From positions 1 through 54,054 of the IMG/VR virus record IMGVR_UViG_3300028091_000011: a DNA stretch of 54,054 bases. One strand, written 5' to 3'. Made by a program: the position numbers and the translations under genes. Each line of letters starts with the position of its first letter. The stretch's first letter is position 1. Below the pieces are notes generated by a model, which was not told the DNA's origin, did no database searches, and was given only the letters and a program-made list of their open reading frames with translations. Below, in pieces: positions 17,787 through 27,509 of the stretch. Source of the DNA: a virus. Taxonomy: Duplodnaviria > Caudoviricetes.

Positions 17787-20700
17787 ATGGCAGGGATGCT
17801 CGACCAAATCACAGAACTCAAGTCCGCAGAAGTTATCGACACACCAGAAGGTGTCGAGCGGTTCCTTGCCGAACTCAAGAACGCGGTAAGCGAAAACGGA
17901 GACACCTCCGTAATGCAGACCGCTGACGGTCGTCTTTGCGTCACGAAGCAGAACCCCGCTACCGCGATGTCTGATCCGATGAGTGCGCCCTCGCGTGAGC
18001 GCATTCAGCAGATGGTCGCGGAGCGGGGAATGCCTTGGGACGAGAAGTACGCCGAGCGCGTCATTCCGTGGTGGGCTTCGGATGAGCGCGTTGACCGTCA
18101 GGGCGACATCGTTCTCCAGAACTGGAAGTTCGATGACTACCAGAACAACCCCTTGATGCTGTACGCGCATCGGTGGGACGATCCGCCGATTGGCACGGTT
18201 CTGAACTGGGAGGTCATGCCGCGAACGAGCCGCGCCTACAACGGTCGAAGCCTTCGCCTGATGCCCCTGTTCGCGACCAAGGATCAGTACGAGTGGGCTG
18301 ACACGATCTTCCGACTCGCCAAGGCGCGGTTCCTGCGGACTGGCTCCGTTGGGTTCTATTCGGACAACATCATTCAGGTTCGCGACCCCAACGAGCGGAT
18401 GCGTATGGGGCTTGGCAACATGGGCGTGATCTACGACAGAAACAACCTGATTGAGTGGACGGTGGCTCCCGTGCCTGCAAATCAGGGTGCGCTCCAGAGC
18501 CTTTCGCTCGTGGCACGCAAGGGTCTGCTGAAGGGCGACGACCTCCCTGTCGTCACGGACATCTTCAAGTCGTCCGTGAAGCGCGGGGTTGGAGACGCGG
18601 AGAAGATTCGCGACATTGAGAAGGCGGTCGGAAACTACTGGAACCGCCTCTTCCCAGCGACCAAAACGGTGTCAACCGTTGACACGAAGGCACTCCCGCA
18701 GTCGTACCGAGAGGCTGACGGCTCCCAGCGGTGCGAGAACTGCGCCTCCTACGAGCCTGACTCGACCGATGAGAAGATGGGCGTGTGCAGGCAGTACAGC
18801 GCAACTTGCCGAGCCAACATGACTTGCAACTCGTGGAAGGCGAAGATGCCTGTTGAGATTACGAAGGAAGGCGTTGCTGTTGCTGTTCCAGCACCCGCTG
18901 TCGCTCCAGTTGTATCTATGCCTGTTGCTGACTCTGGAAGTGGCATTACTGGTACTACTTCTGGAGGTCGCACAACTGGCGGAGCGTCAAGTCCAGTTGA
19001 CAATCAGCGTCCCGAGGCTGTTCCGCAGCGATGGGACGATGCGATGGACTTCATCAAGTCGCGCTACGAGGATCATCAGGCGGCTGTCGGAAACGATCCG
19101 CGCAAGCAAACCACGGAAGGCAAGTTGCAACAGGTGTTCGCGCGTGGCGTGAATGCTTGGGACGATGCCAACGAGGAGCAGCGCGGAGGTCTGACTGGCG
19201 AGGACTGGGGCTACGCGCGGGTGGAGTCGTTCCTGAACGCGCTGCAAAGCCTGCGCTTTGAGGGCGAACCTCACGATCAGGACTTGCTGCCTGCCGAGCA
19301 TCCCAAGTCCGAGCGCGAGAAGGTGAACAAGGCGGTTGTTGGTTACATCAACCGTGGCATGAACCGATTCATCAAGGGCGACTTCGTTTCGTGGCGGACG
19401 AAGGGCGGCATGGCTGTCGGTCAGATTGAGCAGATCGACATGAAGGGCATGGTTGCCACCGACAGCGAGGAGATGGAGGCGATGCCTGAAGACCCTGTGG
19501 CGACGATCAACCCGATTGTCGAGCAGGAAGGCAAGAAGATGGGCTGTGGCAAGCCGCGCCTGATGCCGTTCTCGCGCATCAAGATGGCTCCCAATCAGTT
19601 CCCCGAGCCGTCCAACTGGCGTTGCATGGATTCGCAGCGCAAGCGGATCGGTGACATGGTGATGTCGCACAACAAGGAGGTTGGCAATGATCCCATTCGT
19701 CTCGCATCCGCTGGCACGGCTGTTCATGTCTTTGAAAGAGGCATGGGGTCGTATCTGGAAGATCGCCGTGGCATCTCCGATGCAGGCTCCGCCGAGCAGT
19801 ACGCCGAAGCGCGTCTCGCGTCCTACCTCGACGCGCTCCGCAGGGGCGGCTTCCAAGGAGACTCGCACGACGAAGACCTCCTCCCACAAGACATTGCGGG
19901 ATCGCGCAGGGCGCAAGCCATCAAGGTGATGGTCGCGCGTGCGGCGGCATACGAAGGCATCGACTTCGTGCCGCCCGAGGGCGCACGCACCGAGGCGCAG
20001 CGCGGTCTTGACTGGAGGCGCGAGTACGGGCGTGGCGGCACGGAGATCGGTGTCGCCCGCGCACGCGACATTGCCAATGGCAAGAACCTGTCTCCCGAGA
20101 CTGTTCGCCGCATGAACTCGTACTTCGCACGCCACGAGGTGGACAAGAAGGGCGAGGGATTCAACCCAGACGAGAGCGGCTATCCGTCAGCGGGTCGAAT
20201 CGCGTGGGCGTTGTGGGGTGGTGATGCGGCGATGGGGTGGGCTGCAAAGGTGATGCGCCAGATGGAGGCGCGTCAGACCAAGATGTTTGAGCCGATTGGC
20301 GTTGTCGGCGGGCTTCGCGGTCGCATGAACGAGGCTTCAGACCGTTATCAGGAGATTTACCGTTGGGTCAAGACCGCCGATCCCGAGATGGTCAAGAAGG
20401 CTGTCGATGGCATCGGAGTGCGGACGGATGTCGATTACTCGACGCTCTGGCAGGACGAGCCGAAGGCGAAGTTCGTGTCCAGCGTGCTGCTGGCTGCGGA
20501 GATCGGAGGCGATCCTCGCGATCCCAACGAGACGCTCAAGTTCGTTCGGGGCTGCGTGTCCAAGGCGATTCGCCACCGAGCGGTCGAGCAGATCACGAAG
20601 GCTGCTGCAAAGAGAACTTCGGAGTTGGACTCGCTTGCGTCCGCGCTCAAGGAGTTCGATGAATCGAAGATCGACCGTGATGAGAACGGTCGGTTCAGCG

Positions 20701-21500
20701 GCGGCGGAGGCGGCGCATCAGATTCATCGTCCGATTCCAAGCAAGGCGCAGGCGAAGCGGCGAAGTTAGCGTCGATGGTCGAGGAGGCAAAGCAAGGGGT
20801 CTGGGCTTCTGGAAAGGATGATCGCGAGGCAAGCGAGTTGATCGCTGACGATCAGGAAACGATGACGGGTTTCATAGACAGGATCGACACGGAACTTGAC
20901 GATGAGAGGGAGGCTCTTGAAGCCCGAATCTCCGACTACGGAGGAGACGACGAGGCTGGTCTTCGGGAATCTTTGAAGGACGAGTTCGATTCGATTGCCG
21001 ATCAGCGTTCTTTCGTTGACGCAATCAGAAACAGAAACGATCAGATTGGAAGCGCGATCAGGCAGTACGACGAGGAAACACGCTTCGCCATTGGTGAGGC
21101 TCGTAACACCTTGAAGTCGGCAAGGTTTGCAAAGACGGCTGAAGAGTTCAGGGAGCGTGTCGCTGGCGCGGCAGGAAAACTCGTCTCTTCGCTTGATGCA
21201 GCAGACAAGAATGGCGGAGCCGCGCTGGATAGCCTTGTTCGACAGGCTCAATACGAGGCGGATCGCGACAAGAGGACGGGCGCAGGAGGCGACAAGATGC
21301 CCAAGGAAAGGCGCAGCGCGGCGGAAGCGTCTCGTTCTAGTGGAATCTCTGCTGGAAGGATTGCTCGGGTGAGGGTGGAGGTTCTTCGTCAGACATTGCT
21401 GCGCGGTCTTCGGTCTCCGCTTTACAGCGAGAGTCGGCATAGGGACGCAAGCGATGTCATTGCAAGAACCAGAAACCAGCGCGGCATTGGTGAAGACTGA
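17787..21500 (+). CDS. HK97-type prohead protease with long multidomain C-terminal extension
   Basis: ASDERVDRQGD, NPLMLYAH, GSVGF and E...PVPAN in the N-terminal part, followed by ~1000 aa of accessory modules. Confidence 0.85.
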   Translation: MAGMLDQITELKSAEVIDTPEGVERFLAELKNAVSENGDTSVMQTADGRLCVTKQNPATAMSDPMSAPSRERIQQMVAERGMPWDEKYAERVIPWWASDERVDRQGDIVLQNWKFDDYQNNPLMLYAHRWDDPPIGTVLNWEVMPRTSRAYNGRSLRLMPLFATKDQYEWADTIFRLAKARFLRTGSVGFYSDNIIQVRDPNERMRMGLGNMGVIYDRNNLIEWTVAPVPANQGALQSLSLVARKGLLKGDDLPVVTDIFKSSVKRGVGDAEKIRDIEKAVGNYWNRLFPATKTVSTVDTKALPQSYREADGSQRCENCASYEPDSTDEKMGVCRQYSATCRANMTCNSWKAKMPVEITKEGVAVAVPAPAVAPVVSMPVADSGSGITGTTSGGRTTGGASSPVDNQRPEAVPQRWDDAMDFIKSRYEDHQAAVGNDPRKQTTEGKLQQVFARGVNAWDDANEEQRGGLTGEDWGYARVESFLNALQSLRFEGEPHDQDLLPAEHPKSEREKVNKAVVGYINRGMNRFIKGDFVSWRTKGGMAVGQIEQIDMKGMVATDSEEMEAMPEDPVATINPIVEQEGKKMGCGKPRLMPFSRIKMAPNQFPEPSNWRCMDSQRKRIGDMVMSHNKEVGNDPIRLASAGTAVHVFERGMGSYLEDRRGISDAGSAEQYAEARLASYLDALRRGGFQGDSHDEDLLPQDIAGSRRAQAIKVMVARAAAYEGIDFVPPEGARTEAQRGLDWRREYGRGGTEIGVARARDIANGKNLSPETVRRMNSYFARHEVDKKGEGFNPDESGYPSAGRIAWALWGGDAAMGWAAKVMRQMEARQTKMFEPIGVVGGLRGRMNEASDRYQEIYRWVKTADPEMVKKAVDGIGVRTDVDYSTLWQDEPKAKFVSSVLLAAEIGGDPRDPNETLKFVRGCVSKAIRHRAVEQITKAAAKRTSELDSLASALKEFDESKIDRDENGRFSGGGGGASDSSSDSKQGAGEAAKLASMVEEAKQGVWASGKDDREASELIADDQETMTGFIDRIDTELDDEREALEARISDYGGDDEAGLRESLKDEFDSIADQRSFVDAIRNRNDQIGSAIRQYDEETRFAIGEARNTLKSARFAKTAEEFRERVAGAAGKLVSSLDAADKNGGAALDSLVRQAQYEADRDKRTGAGGDKMPKERRSAAEASRSSGISAGRIARVRVEVLRQTLLRGLRSPLYSESRHRDASDVIARTRNQRGIGED

Positions 21501-21503
21501 CAG

Positions 21504-22229
21504 ATGCAATGGGTTGATGGTCTTGTCCTGACAAGGCGAAACTGCGGCACGGGTGCGGGTGGATTTCAACCCGGGAACTCTTGCGGCGGCGGTTCTGGCT
21601 CTGGCGAATCAACCAGCCTCTCTCGCCTCATTGCAGCCCCAGACGAATCCCAGAAGGAGGCAATGCGGAACCTTGAGGGTGTCATCAGCCCCAAAGACCC
21701 GCTTGCCGCCACTATGCTTCGCCAGATCGCGGCGGACATCCCGTCCGAGCATTACGGCGGTCTGTCAACGATCAGTTCTGGTTCGCAGGGCGTTGACATG
21801 GTTACAAACATTCGCGTCTCCAGCGGCTCCGATGTCGTCCGTGTCCTTGGGTACTACCGTCCGTCAACTGCGGAGATTGTCCTATCAGGAGGCGACAACA
21901 TCGCGACCATCGGCGGTGGGACGCTGCACCACGAGATCGGTCATCATGTCCACGAGCGAAGGCTGACTTCGGAGGCTGACGCGGAGTGGCGAGGCATCTC
22001 CGACAACGGGCGAAACGCCTCCATCTCTGCCTATGCCCGAACTTCCCGTGGTGAGCATTTTGCCGAGGCGTATCGTGCCTACGCCAAGGGCGGCAACGAC
22101 AGGGCGCGACTGCGCCGTGTGGAGCCTCGCGCCTACCAGTTCATGGCAAAGGTGTTCCGCAAGGGGTCGAAGATGCTCAATCCAGACGGTCGTCTTGGTG
22201 GAATCGACACGACAAGGTGGGGCGACTGA
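21504..22229 (+). CDS. Lethal-factor-like (ATLF-type) zinc metallopeptidase with N-terminal CGTGAGGFQPGNSC motif
   Basis: HHEIGH...ISAYA..S..EHFAEAY. Confidence 0.75.
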   Translation: MQWVDGLVLTRRNCGTGAGGFQPGNSCGGGSGSGESTSLSRLIAAPDESQKEAMRNLEGVISPKDPLAATMLRQIAADIPSEHYGGLSTISSGSQGVDMVTNIRVSSGSDVVRVLGYYRPSTAEIVLSGGDNIATIGGGTLHHEIGHHVHERRLTSEADAEWRGISDNGRNASISAYARTSRGEHFAEAYRAYAKGGNDRARLRRVEPRAYQFMAKVFRKGSKMLNPDGRLGGIDTTRWGD

Positions 22230-22501
22230 TGGGCATCCGAGAGTTCGTCGCTGGCGTTCTGGATGGTTCGATCAAGGTGATCGGTGGCGGTCGATCTGCC
22301 GATGGGTACTTCACGGGAGAGGTGGATTCCTCCCGCTTGACCAGCGCGGACATCGCGGCTGAAGCCATTGGGAACGATGTGGACGACATCTCGTCAATGC
22401 CATTCAATCAGGTGGTTGCCGCCGTCGAGTCGGAGCGTGCGCGGATTCAGGCTAGGAAATCGCTTGTGGACGCTGTGTTTGCCCCGAAGAATCGGTCTTG
22501 A
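22229..22501 (+). CDS. Hypothetical protein, coupled to the peptidase (possible immunity/partner)
   Basis: TGATG overlap with the peptidase stop. Confidence 0.65.
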   Translation: MGIREFVAGVLDGSIKVIGGGRSADGYFTGEVDSSRLTSADIAAEAIGNDVDDISSMPFNQVVAAVESERARIQARKSLVDAVFAPKNRS

Positions 22502-22591
22502 CTCGTATCACAAGAAACTTGTCAAGATCGTTGGCGAAAAAACGGACAAAACCCACAAACCTCTTGGTGTCCGATAGAATGGAGATCGCTT

Positions 22592-23119
22592 ATGCAGGAC
22601 GCAACGAACATTTCTGACGCGGAAACTGTCTGGCTCAAGGCGATTGCTGCCGAGCAGTCGGATCGCATCGCGGAAGAACTCGTCCAGCCGAATCCCGATG
22701 CTTCGGTCGTGAAGAGCGTCGATTCGGAAGCGGCTGTTGAGACTGCAAACTCCGCAGAAGTTGCGGAGAAGTCGGAGTCTGGCGATGCCGTCAAGTGTCC
22801 TCCGATGAAGGATGGCATGGAGTACGGCTCGACCGATGCGGTCATGGTTCCGCCGAGCGCGGGTATGCCAGTCATGCCCCCGCAGGAGATGGAGTCGGAG
22901 CCTGCCCTTTCGTTCGGTGAGCAGATGCTCGTTGATCGAATGGACGATCTGATTGCAATCATGTCGGATATTCGTGACCGCCTTTCCACTACTGGTAGTG
23001 GTGATGCGGTATCTTCCCCTCAAGCGGTTGTGCCAGCCGAGGATGCAGGCACGAACCTTTCGTCTGCGCTTCTAGCGGCTCTGACGATCACGGACGGCAT
23101 CCTCGCAACCCGCAAGTGA
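22592..23119 (+). CDS. Acidic protein, putative scaffold/head assembly factor
   Basis: Lies immediately before the capsid gene, is acidic and low in complexity, and has TAGAAT and GGAG upstream. Confidence 0.5.
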   Translation: MQDATNISDAETVWLKAIAAEQSDRIAEELVQPNPDASVVKSVDSEAAVETANSAEVAEKSESGDAVKCPPMKDGMEYGSTDAVMVPPSAGMPVMPPQEMESEPALSFGEQMLVDRMDDLIAIMSDIRDRLSTTGSGDAVSSPQAVVPAEDAGTNLSSALLAALTITDGILATRK

Positions 23120-23142
23120 CCTCAAGGACGGAGCAGAAACAA

Positions 23143-24561
23143 ATGAGCGACATTGGTATCAAGCCCGAGCAGGAAGTGGCACGCCGCCTCCTCGCGAATG
23201 TCGAGAACCTTGGTAAGAACTACGAAGGTCTCGTCGCAGAGGTGAACAAGATTCAGGGCGACCTGAAGAAGTTCGACGGCTTCGACCCCGCGACCATCGA
23301 CATCAAGGGCGCGATTGCCGAGTTTGAGAAGACGAAGGCTGTCATCGAACAGATGAAGGCTGATCGTCGCCGCGCCTCTGGCAACAGCCGCATCCCGGGT
23401 CTCGCTGCCGAAGCCAAGAACTTCAGCATGATCCGCGCCATGACCGCCATCAAGACTGGCGACTGGTCGCGTGCAGGCTTTGAGCAGGAGGTCTTCTCCG
23501 CTGCCCGCACCAAGGCGCAGGCGATGGGCATCGACAGCGCGGGCGGCTACTTCATCCCCGACGAGGTGATCGAAGATGTGATCGCCGCGATCTACACCCA
23601 GTCCGCCCTCATCAACCTGTCGGGCGAAGGCACGACCCGTGTCAGCGTCCTCGACGGTCTGAACGGCGGCACGGTGAAGGTTCCGAAGTTCCTTGGCGGC
23701 GTGGTCGCCTACTGGATCGGTGAGTCGGACGAGTACGCGGAGTCGCAGACCAAGGTCGGTGACATGATGATGACCCCCAAGAAGTTGGGTGTCCTCGTCC
23801 GCATGACGCAGGAGATGCGTACCTACGCCTCCTACGGCTTTGAGAGCCTCCTCCGCACGGACATGATCCGCGCTGCGGCGAAGGTTCTCGACAAGTCGAT
23901 CCTGTACGGGTCGGGTACGGCTCACGCCCCCCGTGGCGTGGTCAACGCCGTGAACGCTGCGAATCTCGCCAAGGGCGACCTCAAGGCGTTCCCGTCCGTT
24001 CAGGTCTACGACGCGGCTGCAAAGGCTGGTTGGAACGGCGCGTCCGTCACCAACAACGAGACCAAGGACGATGCCGCGCTCGACTTCGACGGCATGGACA
24101 ACATGATGGCTCTGCTTGAGGACAACGATGTCGTCGCTGACAACAGCGCGGCGTTCCTCGCGCACCCCAAGTTCTTCCGCAAGGTCAAGCAGTTGAAGAT
24201 TGAGAACTACACCAGCCAGACCAGCGGTCAGCCGTACCTCCTCGGTGCGCCCCGCCTGCCTGACGCTCGGCTGTCGGACATCATCGGCAACTTCGCGAAG
24301 TCCACGCAGATCGCCACCAACAACAAGGCTGGCGAGTCGGTCGGCTGGACGGGTTCGTCCAACGCGGGTCACACCGATGTCTTCTACGGCAACTGGAACG
24401 AGGTCGTTCTCGGTCGCTGGGGCGGCATCGAAATCGAAGACGATGGCGGTCGTGGCAAGGGCTTCACCTCTGACCAGACCTACATGAAGATGCGCCTGTA
24501 TGTCGATGTCGGCTTCCGCCACGACCAGAGCATCGTCGTCTGCCCGAACGCGAAACTCTGA
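23143..24561 (+). CDS. Major capsid protein, HK97 fold, with N-terminal coiled-coil delta domain
   Basis: SAGGYFIP, AYWIGES, PKKLG, D..IL.GSG...PRG and YGNW motifs, with strong codon bias. Confidence 0.95.
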   Translation: MSDIGIKPEQEVARRLLANVENLGKNYEGLVAEVNKIQGDLKKFDGFDPATIDIKGAIAEFEKTKAVIEQMKADRRRASGNSRIPGLAAEAKNFSMIRAMTAIKTGDWSRAGFEQEVFSAARTKAQAMGIDSAGGYFIPDEVIEDVIAAIYTQSALINLSGEGTTRVSVLDGLNGGTVKVPKFLGGVVAYWIGESDEYAESQTKVGDMMMTPKKLGVLVRMTQEMRTYASYGFESLLRTDMIRAAAKVLDKSILYGSGTAHAPRGVVNAVNAANLAKGDLKAFPSVQVYDAAAKAGWNGASVTNNETKDDAALDFDGMDNMMALLEDNDVVADNSAAFLAHPKFFRKVKQLKIENYTSQTSGQPYLLGAPRLPDARLSDIIGNFAKSTQIATNNKAGESVGWTGSSNAGHTDVFYGNWNEVVLGRWGGIEIEDDGGRGKGFTSDQTYMKMRLYVDVGFRHDQSIVVCPNAKL

Positions 24562-24577
24562 ACCTGAACGGTGAATG

Positions 24578-24603
24578 GGGAGGGGTCGAAAGACCCCTCC
24601 CTT
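24578..24603 (+). terminator. Hairpin after the capsid gene (terminator/stabiliser)
   Basis: GGGAGGGGTC-GAAA-GACCCCTCCC with a short T tail. Confidence 0.65.
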
Positions 24604-24644
24604 GAAGCCATCCAAACCCGCACACACACTAGGGAAAACTCCCC

Positions 24645-25112
24645 ATGCTTCACAAGACCTTTCACGAATCCGTCATGGTCGGGACTGCACTCGTCCCCAC
24701 CGCCATCTCCGCAGCAACCGCCGTCAACGGCGCGACCATCGCCCTGAACTTCGGTGGCAGCGCGATCTCCTTCCTCTTCCAGACCACGAGCATCGCCACC
24801 GACGAGGTTGCGACCGTGAAGTTTGAGGAGTCGGTTGACGGCTCGACTTGGACGAAGGTTCAGTCGAACGATGCAGCCGCCGACCTCTCGTTCACCGTGC
24901 CGAACGCTGCTGCTGGCGACGAGACCACCGCGATGGCGACCATTCCCTTCGCGAAGTTCCTCTCGACCACCAAGTTCGTCCGCCTCGTGGTCACCTCGGC
25001 TGGCACTACGATCTCGTACACCGCTGCGGCGCAGTATGTGATCTCTGGCTTCCAGAGCCGTCCGACTTCGCAGGAAGACAAGACCTTCGCGGCGTGCGTG
25101 TCGTTCGTCTGA
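24645..25112 (+). CDS. Putative capsid decoration/cement protein
   Basis: Follows the capsid gene, is beta-rich (EESVDGSTW...KFVRLVVT) and has high-expression codon bias. Confidence 0.6.
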   Translation: MLHKTFHESVMVGTALVPTAISAATAVNGATIALNFGGSAISFLFQTTSIATDEVATVKFEESVDGSTWTKVQSNDAAADLSFTVPNAAAGDETTAMATIPFAKFLSTTKFVRLVVTSAGTTISYTAAAQYVISGFQSRPTSQEDKTFAACVSFV

Positions 25113-25139
25113 TCGAACAACCCACCCTGCCAGAAACTC

Positions 25140-25177
25140 ACAGGGGCGCAGGGCTTCGGCTCTGCGCCCCTGTCTTT
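25140..25177 (+). terminator. Intrinsic terminator
   Basis: 15-bp stem with a cTTCGg loop, followed by CTTTGTT. Confidence 0.85.
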
Positions 25178-25194
25178 GTTACGGGAGGTGACGA

Positions 25195-25365
25195 ATGGCG
25201 GCACGCGAGTCGATTGAGAAAACGGACATCCGCAATCCCAACGCAACGATGTCGGAGCCTGCAAAGGTTCAGACGGCTGCTGGAGTCGCGTCGATAAAGG
25301 TCGTCATGGGCTACAACAGGACGATCAAGGTTCGCGTCAGCGGAAAGGGGATCAGGAATGGCTGA
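25195..25365 (+). CDS. 56-aa hypothetical protein (not in ORF track)
   Basis: GGAGG RBS and the translation MAARESIEK...GIRNG. The stop overlaps the next gene's start region. Confidence 0.6.
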   Translation: MAARESIEKTDIRNPNATMSEPAKVQTAAGVASIKVVMGYNRTIKVRVSGKGIRNG

Positions 25366-25738
25366 AACGGCGACCCTGTATCTGACCCAAGGTGGGCAGG
25401 CTGTGGTCACGGTCGCGCTTGTGGCGGACACGGGCAGCGCGTACAGCATTCCCGCTGGTCACACCTTCTACGCCTTCACGATCTGTTCCTATCTGGGGGC
25501 AACGCCGAAGGTCAGCAAGGACACGGCTACGGTGAGCGGCTCCAATGTGAGCGTTACCCTGACGAGCGCGGACACGAATCTTCTGTCCGCTGGGAAGTAT
25601 GTGGGTCAGGTCGTCTTCTCCCTTGCAGGCAGCAACTATGTTTACTCCGACCCGTTCGTGGTCGTCGTGACCGCCAAGCCCGACTTCGGTCTTCCTGTCA
25701 ATATCCAGACCTTTGGTGATGACGGCGGTGTGTACTGA
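25358..25738 (+). CDS. Ig-like virion protein (BppU N-terminal-like)
   Basis: V.VTLT.ADT..L.AGKY..QV pattern. Confidence 0.55.
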   Translation: MAETATLYLTQGGQAVVTVALVADTGSAYSIPAGHTFYAFTICSYLGATPKVSKDTATVSGSNVSVTLTSADTNLLSAGKYVGQVVFSLAGSNYVYSDPFVVVVTAKPDFGLPVNIQTFGDDGGVY

Positions 25739-26409
25739 TGCCAATCCTCGCGACCATTGCCGATCTCCGTCTCCGCCGCGACATCGCCGTCGATGACGAG
25801 GCGATCTACGCCGCAACGCTGGATACGGTCGAGACGATGTTTGAGACCATGACCAAGCGGCTGTGGAAGTACCGCGAGAACCATGTCAAGTTGTTCTCGC
25901 TCGACTGGGAGAACCAGCGCAACGCCAAGCGACTCTACGCCCCGATCTTTCCCATCAACACCACGGTCGCGCTCCCGAAGGAACCCCAGATTTCTGTCAA
26001 GCATTGGCAGACTCCAAGCAAGGAGTCAGATGCCACCGTCTTGACGGTCAACGAGGACTACCAGTTGGAGTTGGATCGCGGAGTCGTCATTCGCACGATG
26101 GCAACCAACTGGTTCGACACCGTGAAGATGACGGTATCTGGCGGGTACGCATCTGCAAATGCGGAGGTCACGCCTGCTTCTGGTCTGGCAGTACCTCCGA
26201 CGACTCCTCTGGATGTTCTGGAGGCGATCTGCCGACAGACGATCTACATGAGGCTCCGAACGCAGAACGACAGGATCGTGCTTCAGTCGCAGTCGAGCCT
26301 TCAGGGGCAGGCGAATGTTTCATTCACCTACTCGGACAAGCCGCACGATTCCTTCTTCCTACAGGTCGTGAGGTCGTACACACGAAGGACATACGGCGGC
26401 TATGGCTAA
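25738..26409 (+). CDS. Head-tail connector/adaptor protein
   Basis: LAT.ADL N-terminus, DYQL....G and V...V.GGY...P.DV..A motifs, plus position. Confidence 0.75.
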   Translation: MPILATIADLRLRRDIAVDDEAIYAATLDTVETMFETMTKRLWKYRENHVKLFSLDWENQRNAKRLYAPIFPINTTVALPKEPQISVKHWQTPSKESDATVLTVNEDYQLELDRGVVIRTMATNWFDTVKMTVSGGYASANAEVTPASGLAVPPTTPLDVLEAICRQTIYMRLRTQNDRIVLQSQSSLQGQANVSFTYSDKPHDSFFLQVVRSYTRRTYGGYG

Positions 26410-27049
26410 AGCGGAACTGACGGTCAATGCGGATCAGGTTCGCATCCAGATCGACAGGCTGCTGAAGCGCATATCGGTCGAGGCTGTTCGTGCGGCTGTT
26501 GGTGCTGCATTCCAGCGAGGGGCTACGAAGGTCGGCGGCTTCATCGCGAAGAAGTTCCTGTCTGGTCAGGTTCTTCGGAGGAGGACTGGCAACCTCGCAC
26601 GCTCGGTCGAGGGAATCTTTGAGGTGTCTGATGGTCTGCCTCGTATTCGCGTGGGGGTCTTCAAGTCCCCAGCCAGAAACTATGCACGCATCCACGAGTT
26701 TGGAGGGACGATCACGCCCAAGAAGGCGAAGTCTCTTGCCGTACCCGTGGGTGCTGGGGCGGTTACTCCCGCTGGAGTGCCGAAGTACGCCAGTCCCCGC
26801 CAGTACCCGGGAGAGTTGCAATACATCCCCATCAACCGTGGCAATGTTGCAGCCATCCTCGTTGACCCCAAGGAGAAGCGCAAGGCTGAAGGAGAGCGCA
26901 TGAAGGCGACCTACCTCCTGCTGCGCCGCGTGCGTGTCAAGGCGCGTCCGTTCCTCCGACCCGGGGTAATGGCGTATCTGCCCGAACTCACGGAAGAGGT
27001 GTCCCGTGCCGTCAGAAAGGTTGTGAATACAGATGTCAGCGGTAACTAG
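26402..27049 (+). CDS. Neck/tail completion protein (HK97 gp10-like)
   Basis: RTGNLARS, YARIHEFGG.I and ARPFLRP. Confidence 0.8.
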   Translation: MAKAELTVNADQVRIQIDRLLKRISVEAVRAAVGAAFQRGATKVGGFIAKKFLSGQVLRRRTGNLARSVEGIFEVSDGLPRIRVGVFKSPARNYARIHEFGGTITPKKAKSLAVPVGAGAVTPAGVPKYASPRQYPGELQYIPINRGNVAAILVDPKEKRKAEGERMKATYLLLRRVRVKARPFLRPGVMAYLPELTEEVSRAVRKVVNTDVSGN

Positions 27050-27485
27050 CCAGCGCACCCGCGTCCTCGCCCAGATCATCGACCTGTGCAAGCAGGCTGG
27101 CGGTGGTCGCTACTTTGTGAGACGCGGCGCGGTGAACTGGGCGGAGTTCGACTTCAACCGATACTCGGCTGGCATCTCAATCCTCACCCCAGAGTTCACG
27201 CTTCTGGGCGTTCAACTGAACAGTATCACAGTCACGCTGGAACTTGTGCAACGCATTCCAGACGGAGAGCGTCTGTATCTTGAAACTGATGGGCTAAATG
27301 ACGAGGAAATCGAAGGACTTGTCGAGGATGCCCGTATCATTCTTCTTGGCTTGAAGGCGGCGAAGGACGACAGCGGAGATGCGACTGTTCTGCGAATCGT
27401 GGACAATCGCATTGAAGGTCAGGAAATGTCCAATCTCGACTTCAGCATTCAGGGCGTTATGGTCACCTTCACCGTAGAATACTGA
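27033..27485 (+). CDS. Putative tail terminator
   Basis: Size, position before the tail tube genes and C-terminal FTVEY. Confidence 0.6.
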   Translation: MSAVTSQRTRVLAQIIDLCKQAGGGRYFVRRGAVNWAEFDFNRYSAGISILTPEFTLLGVQLNSITVTLELVQRIPDGERLYLETDGLNDEEIEGLVEDARIILLGLKAAKDDSGDATVLRIVDNRIEGQEMSNLDFSIQGVMVTFTVEY

Positions 27486-27509
27486 TCGCACCAACAGAGG
27501 AGCGAACAC

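Noticed and set aside
18860-19000. T-rich third-position stretch inside the protease gene as an intron or intein
   Set aside because: It stays in frame as a low-complexity Ala/Pro/Gly/Thr linker, with no intein or intron boundary motifs.
23122-24627. Long antisense ORFs (e.g. 23122-24627, 1692-3047, 18987-20135, 27294-28385, 30516-31616)
   Set aside because: They mirror well-supported genes. High GC and strong codon bias remove stops on the opposite strand, and they carry no motifs.
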